This document shows positions 1 to 8,715 of a DNA stretch of 64,000 nt, piece after piece. Position numbers and translations under genes: made by a program. How positions within the stretch are numbered: position 1 is the stretch's first letter; every line of letters starts with the position of its first letter. The stretch comes from Desulfobacterales bacterium. GTDB taxonomy: Bacteria; Desulfobacterota; Desulfobacteria; Desulfobacterales; UBA2174. A model generated the notes under the pieces. That model ran no database searches. It worked only from the letters and a program-made list of their open reading frames with translations, and was not told where the DNA came from. Where the stretch lies: contig CAXXWC010000003.1 in assembly GCA_963668645.2 (NCBI GenBank), positions 32,001 to 96,000 of the forward strand, written 5' to 3'.

Positions 1-463
1 ATAGCTCTTCGTACTGTGCAGGACACTATACAAAAAATGCTTATTGAGATTTTGAAGGTTTTCCTTGTGTTATTAGCACTATTCTTTTTAATATCATTTT
101 GGCTTTCAAAATACACAAAAAGAGTTTCCGCAAAATTTTTCGACGATTTACGACAATCCATATTTAATCAACAAAAAGTATTCCCAGGATCGAAGAAAAG
201 AATAAGGGAATTCTCCGATTTTTCTGAAAATCTTGCCTATATTCTCGACCAAAATACTAATTTAGAAAAACAACGCCAACAGACACTAACGGAGCTAAAA
301 AAAGCCCTTGATGAAATTAAAACCTTACGAGGAATTCTCCCTCTTTGTTCATTTTGTAAAAAAATTCGTAACGACAGAGGATACTGGGAACAAGTGGATG
401 TTTATATTCACAAAAATTTTGACGCAGATATCAGTCACAGCATATGCCCTGATTGCATGAAAG

Positions 464-2042
464 GTAAGCGTTCACGGGGTATCCCGGAGTTACAATTCCG
501 AAGTCTAACGTGCTGAATTCACAAGAGAAAGATACATTATGACATAAAGTATTGAAATTGTTAAAAAAATCTAGACATTCGTTTTCTAGTGTGATAGGCT
601 CTTTTCCATGGAGACGAAAAGACCCTTCACAGACCTTGAATGGCATCTTACGCCGGAACCTGTCCGGCACTATATCCTTTACCTCGAGCAGGCTTTGCAT
701 AATCTGCAGAAGCAAGTTGACGATTACGGCAAGCGAATCGAAAAGCTGGAGGTGAAGACCCGGGAAAATTCTCGAAACTCCAGCAAGCCGCCGTCATCCG
801 ACAGCCCGTTTGACCGATCCGGCCGGAAGAATGGAAAAAAAGGAAGTCGCCCCAAGGGCGGCCAGAAAGGCCATAAGGCCTACAAGCAGCAAATGCTGAG
901 TCCAAATAAATCTCATGCGTTGATGCCCGAACGCTGTCGTTGCGGCAACACCGACTTCGGAGGAAGCCGGATGGAACCGTTTTATACCCATCAGCATATC
1001 GAGCTGCCCGAAATCCAAATGGAGATCAGCCATTTTATACTTCACCGCTGCGACTGTCCCAGCTGTGGGAAAACTGTCAAGGCCGTGCTGCCCGAGCCGG
1101 TTCGCTATGGATACGGTCCGCGATTGAGTGCGTTGATCGCCGAGTTGAGCGGCATCAAGGCGATGAGCCGAAACGATGTCAAGCATATATGCGAATCGGT
1201 TCTGCGTATGCCCATCGCCACGGGCACCATTCAGAAAATCGTCGACCGGGCTTCGGAGGCCATTACTCCGGCATACAAAGCCATCGGGGACGTGGCCCGC
1301 AGTTCGCTGTGCAATTACATTGACGAGACGTCCTGGTTTAACCAAAACGGCCTTCAGTGGCTGTGGGCCATGGTCAATGATCGGGTGGCCTTCTATCGTA
1401 TCGATGCCCACCGTTCCAAGGATGCCTTCAACCAGCTGATCCAGGATTGGCGAGGAATTCTGGTCAGCGACTCCTACGGCCTATACCGAAACTGGGTTCA
1501 TGGGCGCCAAACTTGTCTTGCCCATCTGATCCGCAAGGCCGATGCCTTGTGCGAGAGGAAAAAACCTGATCTACGACGCTTCGGGCACATCATGGCATCC
1601 TTGCTTCGGCAGTTGATTCAATTTGCCAAAGATCCACCGCCGCCGCGACAATGGCAGCAGTATTACGCACAACTGTTGTTCGCGCTGTCTCTGTGGGAGC
1701 CCGATAAATCCGACGCTGGCCAGCTGGCTCGACAGATTTTACGCGAAATCGACTCGCTTTGGTTCTTCATCGAACACGAGGGCGTGGAGCCGACCAACAA
1801 CCGGGCCGAACGGGCGCTTCGCTTCGGGGTTTTGTGGCGAAAGCGCAGCCTCGGCACCCAAAGTGAAAAAGGAAATCGCTGGGTAGAACGTATCCTCTCC
1901 CTGAAGGAAACTTGTCGGTTAAAAGCGAAATCAACCTTCCAGACCCTGGAACTCTGCATCGAATCGTTCTTCAACAACGACAAGCCCGATCTGTCTTGGA
2001 TATAGCTCAGACCACGGTTTCCTTTACCCCGTGAACGCTTAC
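464..2042 (+). mobile_element. IS66-family insertion sequence (single-ORF, ISBst12-like organisation)
   Basis: Perfect 18-bp terminal IRs GTAAGCGTTCACGGGGTA (464-481) / TACCCCGTGAACGCTTAC (2025-2042); 8-bp direct repeat CATGAAAG at 456-463 and 2043-2050. Confidence 0.95.
608..2005 (+). CDS. IS66-family transposase
   Basis: NSSKPPSSD, GGQKGH, Cys zinc-finger motifs, IDET, VSD.Y, QTCLAHLIR and TNNRAERALR motifs. Confidence 0.95.
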   Translation: METKRPFTDLEWHLTPEPVRHYILYLEQALHNLQKQVDDYGKRIEKLEVKTRENSRNSSKPPSSDSPFDRSGRKNGKKGSRPKGGQKGHKAYKQQMLSPNKSHALMPERCRCGNTDFGGSRMEPFYTHQHIELPEIQMEISHFILHRCDCPSCGKTVKAVLPEPVRYGYGPRLSALIAELSGIKAMSRNDVKHICESVLRMPIATGTIQKIVDRASEAITPAYKAIGDVARSSLCNYIDETSWFNQNGLQWLWAMVNDRVAFYRIDAHRSKDAFNQLIQDWRGILVSDSYGLYRNWVHGRQTCLAHLIRKADALCERKKPDLRRFGHIMASLLRQLIQFAKDPPPPRQWQQYYAQLLFALSLWEPDKSDAGQLARQILREIDSLWFFIEHEGVEPTNNRAERALRFGVLWRKRSLGTQSEKGNRWVERILSLKETCRLKAKSTFQTLELCIESFFNNDKPDLSWI

Positions 2043-2102
2043 CATGAAAGAGCATTATCCTGAAGAATATGAAGCAATTGAATCAGATAAAAATATGGAA
2101 TA

Positions 2103-2182
2103 GCCGAACCCATCATTCCAGCGGACGGTATGGGCTTCCGCTTTGCTTCAGCCCACGCTGCCGCTGAATTCGTCGGTTAGGA
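2103..2182 (+). other. Integron cassette recombination site (attC)
   Basis: R'' GCCGAAC (2103-2109, overlapping the stop), L'' ATTCCAGC (2115-2122), internal imperfect stem, L' GCTGAAT (2163-2169; complement of L'' minus one extra C), R' GTTAGGA (2176-2182). Lies between two co-oriented ORFs. Confidence 0.8.
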
Positions 2183-2674
2183 ACAAACATAAGGAAAAAT
2201 CAAGAGATGCTTTCTCAAAAAGAATCTATGCAACTTTTAGCCGAATATGGTCGAAATTCTGCTTGGACCAAACACTGCTTTGCCGTCGCAGATGCAGCAG
2301 TAAGAGTTGGCCATATTTTTGAGAAGACTTGTGCAATCAATTGTTCCTTCCTCTGGTCAGCAGCACTGCTGCATGACATCGGACGATATAAAACACACGA
2401 CCCATTGCTGCATGGCGTTGAGGGGTATAGACTCTTGTCAAAATTGGGACATGATCAAGAGGCCTATGTTTGTGCGTCACACATTCTTTATGGTCTCAAG
2501 GCAGAAGATGCCAAGCAGCTGGGCTTACCTAATCAAGATTTCGTACCACAAACAATTGAGGAGAAACTCATTCCTCTCATCGATTACCTGATTGAATTTG
2601 ACAAACGGCGGTGGTCCCCAAAAACTGGACAATGGTGTAAGCTCTAAGTCAGACCGAAAAAGGAGGATCTGACC

Positions 2675-2956
2675 ATGAGTACCAAACGTCGACAGTACAA
2701 ACCCGAATTCAAGGCCAAGGTCGCCTTGGCTGCCTTACGCAATGAGCAAACACTGGCTGAGCTGGCCAAACGCTTCGATATCCACCCGACCATGATCAGC
2801 ACCTGGAAAAGGGAGCTGCTCGACGGGGCCGCCGACATCTTCGAGAAAGGGCGCAGAGGCAAGCAGGTCACTGATGTCCAGGTCGGCGAACTGTACCGCC
2901 AGATCGGCCAGCTTAAGGTGGAAAACGATTTTTTATCACGCAAGCTCGGCTCCTGA
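2675..2956 (+). CDS. IS3-family transposase OrfA (HTH)
   Basis: RRQYKPEFKAKVAL...LAELAKRFDIHPTMISTWK...LKVENDFL; RBS AGGAGG upstream. Confidence 0.92.
   Translation: MSTKRRQYKPEFKAKVALAALRNEQTLAELAKRFDIHPTMISTWKRELLDGAADIFEKGRRGKQVTDVQVGELYRQIGQLKVENDFLSRKLGS
2929..2935 (+). promoter_or_regulatory. Probable -1 programmed ribosomal frameshift site T TTT TTA
   Basis: X XXY YYZ heptamer at the end of orfA; the -1 frame is open through to orfB (FFITQARLLKRDLRRDMID); SD-like AAGGTGG just upstream. Confidence 0.65.
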
Positions 2957-2976
2957 AGCGCGACCTGCGCCGTGAT

Positions 2977-3813
2977 ATGATCGATCCATCTCACGAGAAG
3001 CTGAGCATCGTACGCCAATGTGACATGCTGAACATTTGCCGTTCCTCATTTTACTACAAATGCAAGCCGATCAAGCCCGAGGACTTGGCGCTGATGCGCC
3101 TGATTGACGAACAGTTCCTCAAGACACCGACCTGGGGCAGCCGCAAGATGGCCGATTGGCTCTGGCGGCATCATGGCATGAAAAAGAATCGCAAGCGGAT
3201 CCAGCGCCTGATGCGACTGATGGGCCTTAAGGCGATCTACCCGCGGCCACGAACCACACAGCCTCATCCCGGGCATAAAGTCTATCCGTACCTGCTGCGA
3301 GGTGTGGCCATCGAGCGGCCCAACCAAGTGTGGTCGGCCGATATCACCTACATCCCGATGCGCCGGGGCTATATGTATCTTGTGGCCATCATTGACTGGT
3401 ACAGCCGAAAGACGCTGTCCTGGCGCGTGTCGAATACGATGGAGGCCGACTTTTGCGTCGAGGCCCTGGAAGAGGCCCTGGCGCGCTATGACAAACCGCA
3501 GATTTTCAACACCGACCAAGGCTCCCAGTTTACCAGCACGATCTTTACTGAACGGCTCAGGGACCACCAGGTGGCCATCTCCATGGACGGCCGGGGCCGC
3601 TGCCAGGATAACATCTTTATTGAACGACTGTGGTGGACACTGAAATACGACTACATCTACCTACACGCTTTTGACAACGGAAACGAACTTCGCCGGGGGC
3701 TCGATAAGTGGTTCTCGTTTTACAACCAGGAGCGCCCTCATCAAAAACTTGACGGCAGAACACCGGATGATGTTTATTACGGTTTGCCTGCCACCATGGC
3801 TGGGGCTGCCTGA
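2977..3813 (+). CDS. IS3-family transposase OrfB (DDE integrase core)
   Basis: PNQVWSADITY, FNTDQGSQF, DNIFIERLW and YNQERPH motifs. Confidence 0.95.
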   Translation: MIDPSHEKLSIVRQCDMLNICRSSFYYKCKPIKPEDLALMRLIDEQFLKTPTWGSRKMADWLWRHHGMKKNRKRIQRLMRLMGLKAIYPRPRTTQPHPGHKVYPYLLRGVAIERPNQVWSADITYIPMRRGYMYLVAIIDWYSRKTLSWRVSNTMEADFCVEALEEALARYDKPQIFNTDQGSQFTSTIFTERLRDHQVAISMDGRGRCQDNIFIERLWWTLKYDYIYLHAFDNGNELRRGLDKWFSFYNQERPHQKLDGRTPDDVYYGLPATMAGAA

Positions 3814-4185
3814 TGTCCGGATACCAGAACCGGCTTGGAGCTTATTCTACCAACCAGGCTGTCCAAATAATTGGGTCCACCGCCAACCTACTACTCTAAT
3901 CAATAGATTTTCATCATTGCGCAAACGAAATGACGGCAACTTATTCTTTTTGAGTAGGCTTGAAAAAGCACACAAAATCGCAAGCGTATTTATGGCGCAA
4001 ATCGAAGAGAAGATTGGTGAATCAGTCGAGAGGATTGTTGATCTTCCTCCAAATAATGGATGCCGACCTTGAAATTAGGAGAGACAGAAGATATAGATTT
4101 TTCTTCAATTATTTTAAATGGTTGTGGAAATGCATAAATGTCGTTTGATATCAACTCGTTATGCCTGCTGGCGGTTATCTCGCTA

Positions 4186-4203
4186 TACCCCGTGAACAGG
4201 TAC
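4186..4203. repeat. Orphan IS66-like terminal inverted repeat
   Basis: TACCCCGTGAACAGGTAC matches the IS66 right IR at 15/18 positions, same orientation, with no adjacent transposase. Confidence 0.6.
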
Positions 4204-4460
4204 CACTTTTTCGGGGCAAGATCATGTCCGCCTCTATCGTTCCGAAACGCTGCATGATGGCCTGATAAGCCGGTTAATTTAACTTCGCACTCTTAACCTG
4301 CCGCCGGTGTATCCAATAGCTCGACGATGCTCGTATAAAATCGATAGCGGCATAGCCGCCTGCGTTGGCGCTGGTGCATCCGCCGCAGGACTTTTTTGCA
4401 GGTAATATCATGCCGAGGCAGAAAACATTTTAGCAGTTTTTTGAAGTCCGAACTTGGAAA

Positions 4461-5570
4461 TCAAAAGCTTTTCCCCTCTAATAGGGTACTGATCAATCTC
4501 TGTTGATAGAATGATTTCTCTTTCAACCCAGCATAGGACGCCGGAAAATACAGAAAGGAGACATGCGCTTCATTCTTTTCCTTATCGATCTCATCCAGCA
4601 CAACGGCATATCTTTCTTTATCCGAAAGAAACGTGTTTTCTGCCAGAGGAAAGTCAAAATAGCCAAGCCAAAATTCTGCAATATTTGCACCTGATCCATT
4701 TATGTCTGCATTTTTCTCATTTTCTGTTTTCTGGACTTCTACTTTAATTCGTACTTGGCTCCAGAGAGGATATGAATATTTTACTGTTACTTTGAATTCT
4801 CTTCTGAAATCATCATTTAACTTCATTGAAAAACGATACACCTCTCCTTCCGTTTTATCATCACACTCTTTTAGCACTGATTCGGTAGGGCAAGCGTTTT
4901 GACATGTCTTAGACAGATCGATGGTTAACCTGTACCGGCTTTGAACACTACTTAGACTTTCCATCTGTTTTTTGGTGATACGTCTGGCGATTTTAATGAG
5001 TCGATCTAATTTCTTTATCATCATTGTCTTGGTAAATTCTTCCCAATCCATATCCTCTGACATAAGCTGGTAGAGTGCATAAAATCGTTCATTTTTAAGT
5101 GGAGCGGGACTTTCCTCTTTCCCGTATAGCTTGGTGGCAGGTCTCGGAAGATTATGAATTTCACGTACAATTTTGAGCAACACATGTAAGAACAGCGGCT
5201 CCATATCGAGCATTTCATGAAAATTTCTGGATAGTAATTCAAGGCGGAGAAGGTCATCGTCTATTTGATCAAGTATGCACTGTGAATCAGGCTTTTCTGT
5301 AAGGAAAGAGGAAAGAACTTGCTCGAACATGTCTTTGCGAACGGCACTTTCAGCATTTTCCCGCTGACTCATTAACTGAGTGTAAAGTTGAGCCCGGGTA
5401 GACAGAGTCTGCTGGTTGTTGATGACATAAGAACCTATGGTGCCGATAATTGCAACCACAATAGCGGTAGCGATACCTCCGGCAGAGCGAAGTTTATACC
5501 AGATGTCTACCGGCTTGTTGACGTCGCTCGATTCCTGTGTTCCATCGCCAGAATTATCTTTGCATGTCAT
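4461..5570 (-). CDS. Hypothetical protein with one N-terminal transmembrane segment
   Basis: Long AT-rich ORF; RBS AGGAGGA before ATG 5570; hydrophobic GGIATAIVVAIIGTIGSYVI. Confidence 0.75.
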   Translation of the reverse strand: MTCKDNSGDGTQESSDVNKPVDIWYKLRSAGGIATAIVVAIIGTIGSYVINNQQTLSTRAQLYTQLMSQRENAESAVRKDMFEQVLSSFLTEKPDSQCILDQIDDDLLRLELLSRNFHEMLDMEPLFLHVLLKIVREIHNLPRPATKLYGKEESPAPLKNERFYALYQLMSEDMDWEEFTKTMMIKKLDRLIKIARRITKKQMESLSSVQSRYRLTIDLSKTCQNACPTESVLKECDDKTEGEVYRFSMKLNDDFRREFKVTVKYSYPLWSQVRIKVEVQKTENEKNADINGSGANIAEFWLGYFDFPLAENTFLSDKERYAVVLDEIDKEKNEAHVSFLYFPASYAGLKEKSFYQQRLISTLLEGKSF

Positions 5571-5779
5571 GAGAGGATCCTCCTTTTTAAAAAGTGTTCC
5601 TCTACAGTGGCAATCACCGCTCAACCATATGTTTTTTGGGGTATCTGCTTCTCCTTTTTATGGGCTACCGCATAGGCGAGCACAATGAACGAATCCGAAA
5701 CGGATTTATATATTCACTGTCTATCATCAGCCTATGGTTGAGCATTATCATGCACAGGACTATTTAACCGCGACAGAAT

Positions 5780-6430
5780 CTACAAATCGATATCAGGATA
5801 TAGCCTCTTGGCGCAATCCGGACAAATGCCATGGCTGAATTCAACCCCGGCATGGTCTCGAATATAAACGTCAACCTGATGCCACCCGCCTTGATCATCC
5901 CTTATCTTTTTGCACGCTGAGCAAATGGGCAACAACTGACTCAGCTGCTTGACTTTGAACAAGGCGGCCTTTAACTTTGCAACGCTGACTTCCAAAACTT
6001 GAGTCCGCTCGTGTACTCGCAACTCCAATTCCGAATTCAATCGTTGCAACCCCTCTATAGCCTGCTTCTGCACAGTGATGTCCTCGACAAAAAGTATAAT
6101 CCCTCCTATGTCATTATCACTATACCATGGCTGAATTTCCCAGCGCAGCCATAGGACGCTGCCGTCTAAACGGATAAACTTGTCCTCCGGCACTGAAATG
6201 GCTTCTCCATTCAGCCCGCGTTGGTGAAATTCCCGCCAGCGATCGGGGATTTCCGGAAACACCTCGTAGTGCGAAATCCCTGCCAATTGACGATCCCCGA
6301 GATTGTAATCACTCATCCATCTTTTGCTAGCTGCAATATACTTCATTTGACGGTCAAAAATAGCAATGGCCAGCGGGGATTGTTCGATAAATGTCAGCCA
6401 ATTTTGATTGGTTGTCTTCTCGATGTCCAT
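5780..6430 (-). CDS. PAS/PAC-domain protein with coiled coil and C-terminal Cys-rich domain
   Basis: PAS motifs (FIEQSPLAIAIFD...DGSVLW...EDIT); tail LLPICSACKKIRDD...FSHGICPDC. Confidence 0.85.
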   Translation of the reverse strand: MDIEKTTNQNWLTFIEQSPLAIAIFDRQMKYIAASKRWMSDYNLGDRQLAGISHYEVFPEIPDRWREFHQRGLNGEAISVPEDKFIRLDGSVLWLRWEIQPWYSDNDIGGIILFVEDITVQKQAIEGLQRLNSELELRVHERTQVLEVSVAKLKAALFKVKQLSQLLPICSACKKIRDDQGGWHQVDVYIRDHAGVEFSHGICPDCAKRLYPDIDL

Positions 6431-6941
6431 AATGAAGCTCCGAATGCATCAATATGTTCACCATGTTCACCGCGTTCTGCTACGGCGGCTGTCCGCCAGC
6501 GCAATCGTCCGTCTGACACCAAACCCAGAATTGTCGATCCGCTGCAGGCCGGGAAGATTTTCAGGTCATCACCCGTCATACCGGAAGGAGAAAATGGCCA
6601 TGCAACAACACAGAGTTACGGTTATCGGTGATCCCTGTGCGCCACGGCCGAAAACCCGCCACCTGTTCAGGAAAGCAAGGTTTCACCGGCCGTCGCTTGA
6701 TTTAGCTAAAGCTATAAATAAGCGGATTGTTCAAATTATATTAAGCCAGATAGCAAGAACCTTCGATATGGTCAATGTTTTTCCCTTTTCAGTCAGCAGA
6801 AAATCTTAAACCGATAGCAGATGGCTTTGCCCCATTTGGACCCAATAAACGCCAGCGGGGGGGATTACAGCTGGCGGCCGTTCTGGCGTGAAAAAAAATC
6901 CACAGCGCCCGGCGCCGCCATCACGAAAGCCGAAAACCGCG

Positions 6942-7979
6942 TTAAAGATTTTTCAGATACCGTTCCCGGAGCACCGCCGCCATTTGCTGCACCGCCCCGA
7001 AGGCCCGCTCCACCGTCTTTTCCTTGTCCGGGTTGACCAGGCAGCAGGTGGCCGGCGAAAGCATGCTCTGGGCCAGCATTCGCTCCCGGTCGACCCCCTT
7101 GGCCCAAAGGATCTTCCAAACCGTTTCGAGCCGCCCGATCAGGGAAGGCATCTTCTCGCGACTGAAGGCCTCGAAGCCGGTGGGCACGATCCCCCAGACA
7201 ATGACGGCGTCCCGGTCGAGAAAGCGGCGGATCGACGGCGCATATGAGGCGAAGACCTCGGCGTTGGTATAGACGTCCAGCGAAAGCACGTCCAGATCGA
7301 GATTGAGCAGGAAATCCCAGTCCGGATTGCCGCACAGGTGAATCCCCCGGGGACGGTCGACCTGGGCGAAAAATGCGTCCATATCCGCCTTGGCCTTGAT
7401 ATCCCCGTAGCCGGCCAGGGCCGAAAAGATGAATTGCAATCCCGGCTCGTCCACGAACATGAAGGCCTTGGGATTGAGGGTCTTGAGCCGGGAAAGTTGC
7501 ACGTTGAGGCGCCGGGCCATGAAATCGAACATGAAGGGCCGGACCGTGTCGTCGAAGAGAATGGGCCGCTCGTCCTGGTCCAGCACGTTGAAGCCGAAGC
7601 TGATGGGGCCTTCGAGCTGTCCCCGGATGGCGGGCCGATCGGCCAGATCCAGGCTCAGGAAGCGGTGGTAGACGGCCGAATAGGCCGGACTGATGTCGAA
7701 GACGGCCGGATCCTCGAAGCGTGCCAGAACATCCTCCAGTTCCTGGACGAACTTGTCCATGGAAAAGCGCAGGGTGCGTTTTTCCACCTCCAGCAGGATG
7801 CCGGGAAAATGCTCGGCCGCCTGGACGTACATGTCCTCGTAATAGCTGTAGTTGGGAAGTTGCGGCCAGAAGGGCACGTCCAGAGACAGGGCCAGCTCCA
7901 GAGCCCGGTTCACGTCGCTGTGGGGCATCACCGCCATGGCGGTGGTCAGCAGATTTCCCGGCATCTGTGAGGTCATCAC
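6942..7979 (-). CDS. MetE/UROD-superfamily core methionine synthase-like protein (MesB-like)
   Basis: PFWPQLP..SYYEDMYVQ...FPG, GQLEGP, FVDEP, GIHLCG (HxC), WGIVPT and SPATCC resemble single-barrel zinc methionine synthases. Confidence 0.65.
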   Translation of the reverse strand: MMTSQMPGNLLTTAMAVMPHSDVNRALELALSLDVPFWPQLPNYSYYEDMYVQAAEHFPGILLEVEKRTLRFSMDKFVQELEDVLARFEDPAVFDISPAYSAVYHRFLSLDLADRPAIRGQLEGPISFGFNVLDQDERPILFDDTVRPFMFDFMARRLNVQLSRLKTLNPKAFMFVDEPGLQFIFSALAGYGDIKAKADMDAFFAQVDRPRGIHLCGNPDWDFLLNLDLDVLSLDVYTNAEVFASYAPSIRRFLDRDAVIVWGIVPTGFEAFSREKMPSLIGRLETVWKILWAKGVDRERMLAQSMLSPATCCLVNPDKEKTVERAFGAVQQMAAVLRERYLKNL

Positions 7980-8116
7980 AATCCTTTCACCGGCAGCGGT
8001 TTCAAATGGTCACCGCCCGGTCGCGGCATGCTATCCGAGGTTGACATCCGATCGCCGGGGCTTTACACCCGGAACGCCAATTCACTGCAAATGCATCACA
8101 AGGAGACTGCCAGACC

Positions 8117-8641
8117 ATGAACCCGAAAGACGAACAGGTGATCGTCGTTGATGCCGCCAACCGGGTGACCGGCGAGGCCCCGCGCTGGCGCATGCGGCGC
8201 GACAACCTGATCCACCGGGCCACCTATATCCTGGTTTTCAACACCCGCGGCGAGATCTTCGTGCACCAGCGCACCTTCACCAAGGACGTCTACCCGGGGT
8301 TTTACGATGTTGCCGCCGGAGGGGTGGTGACGACCGGCGAATCCTACGACGAATCGGCCCGCCGCGAGCTGGCCGAGGAACTGGGCATCACGGACCGGCC
8401 CCTGGAACCCCTTTTTGACAGCTACTGGGAGGACGAACGGTGCCGGGTATGGGGGCGGGTTTATCGCTGCGTTCATGACGGACCGATGGTCTTCCAGCCC
8501 GAGGAGGTGATCGGGGGGCGCTTCATGCGGCCCGAAAAGGTGCTCAGCGACCTGCCGGCCGAACGCCTGACCCCGGACGGCCGCCAGGTGCTGGCCCGTT
8601 TCCTGGCAGCGACCGCCCGGGATCCAGACAACCGGAATTGA
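8117..8641 (+). CDS. yfcD: NUDIX hydrolase (YfcD/IDI-like)
   Basis: HRATYILVFN, KDVYPG.YDVAAGGVV..GESYDESARRELAEELG Nudix box. Confidence 0.8.
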   Translation: MNPKDEQVIVVDAANRVTGEAPRWRMRRDNLIHRATYILVFNTRGEIFVHQRTFTKDVYPGFYDVAAGGVVTTGESYDESARRELAEELGITDRPLEPLFDSYWEDERCRVWGRVYRCVHDGPMVFQPEEVIGGRFMRPEKVLSDLPAERLTPDGRQVLARFLAATARDPDNRN

Positions 8642-8715
8642 GATTCATCGTCGCAAGCGCCGCAGCATAACCTGAACTGTCTACGGTTTTTTGGGCGACA
8701 GGATCAGAGTGCGGA

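Larger units (their letters stand above)
1..2103 (+). pseudogene. Membrane signalling protein with C-terminal Cys-rich domain (LPLCSFCKKIR...SHSICPDC), 5'-partial, interrupted by IS66; original CDS = join(<1..463,2051..2103)
   Basis: Frame is open from base 1. Removing the IS and one TSD copy restores ...CPDCMKEHYPEEYEAIESDKNME* ending TAG at 2101-2103, immediately followed by attC. Confidence 0.8.
2607..3884 (+). mobile_element. IS3-family insertion sequence
   Basis: Imperfect IRs GGCGGTGGTCCCCAAAAACTGGACA / TGTCCAAATAATTGGGTCCACCGCC; flanking AAC at 2604-2606 and 3885-3887; orfA/orfB layout. Confidence 0.92.
2207..4072 (+). pseudogene. HD/HDIG-domain protein (cassette-like), interrupted by IS3; original CDS = join(2207..2606,3888..4072)
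   Basis: H...ALLHDIGR...HGVEG motifs. Excising the IS and one AAC copy gives in-frame ...IEFDK-PTTLINRFSSLRKR... Confidence 0.85.

Noticed and set aside
4040..4130. Expected second attC after the HD gene
   Set aside because: No RYYYAAC box complementary to GTTAGGA and no L-box pairing found.
4127..4154. Possible dif/Xer site (…TGCATAA-6 bp-TTTGATATCAA)
   Set aside because: The right arm does not match the conserved XerD arm TTATGTTAAAT.
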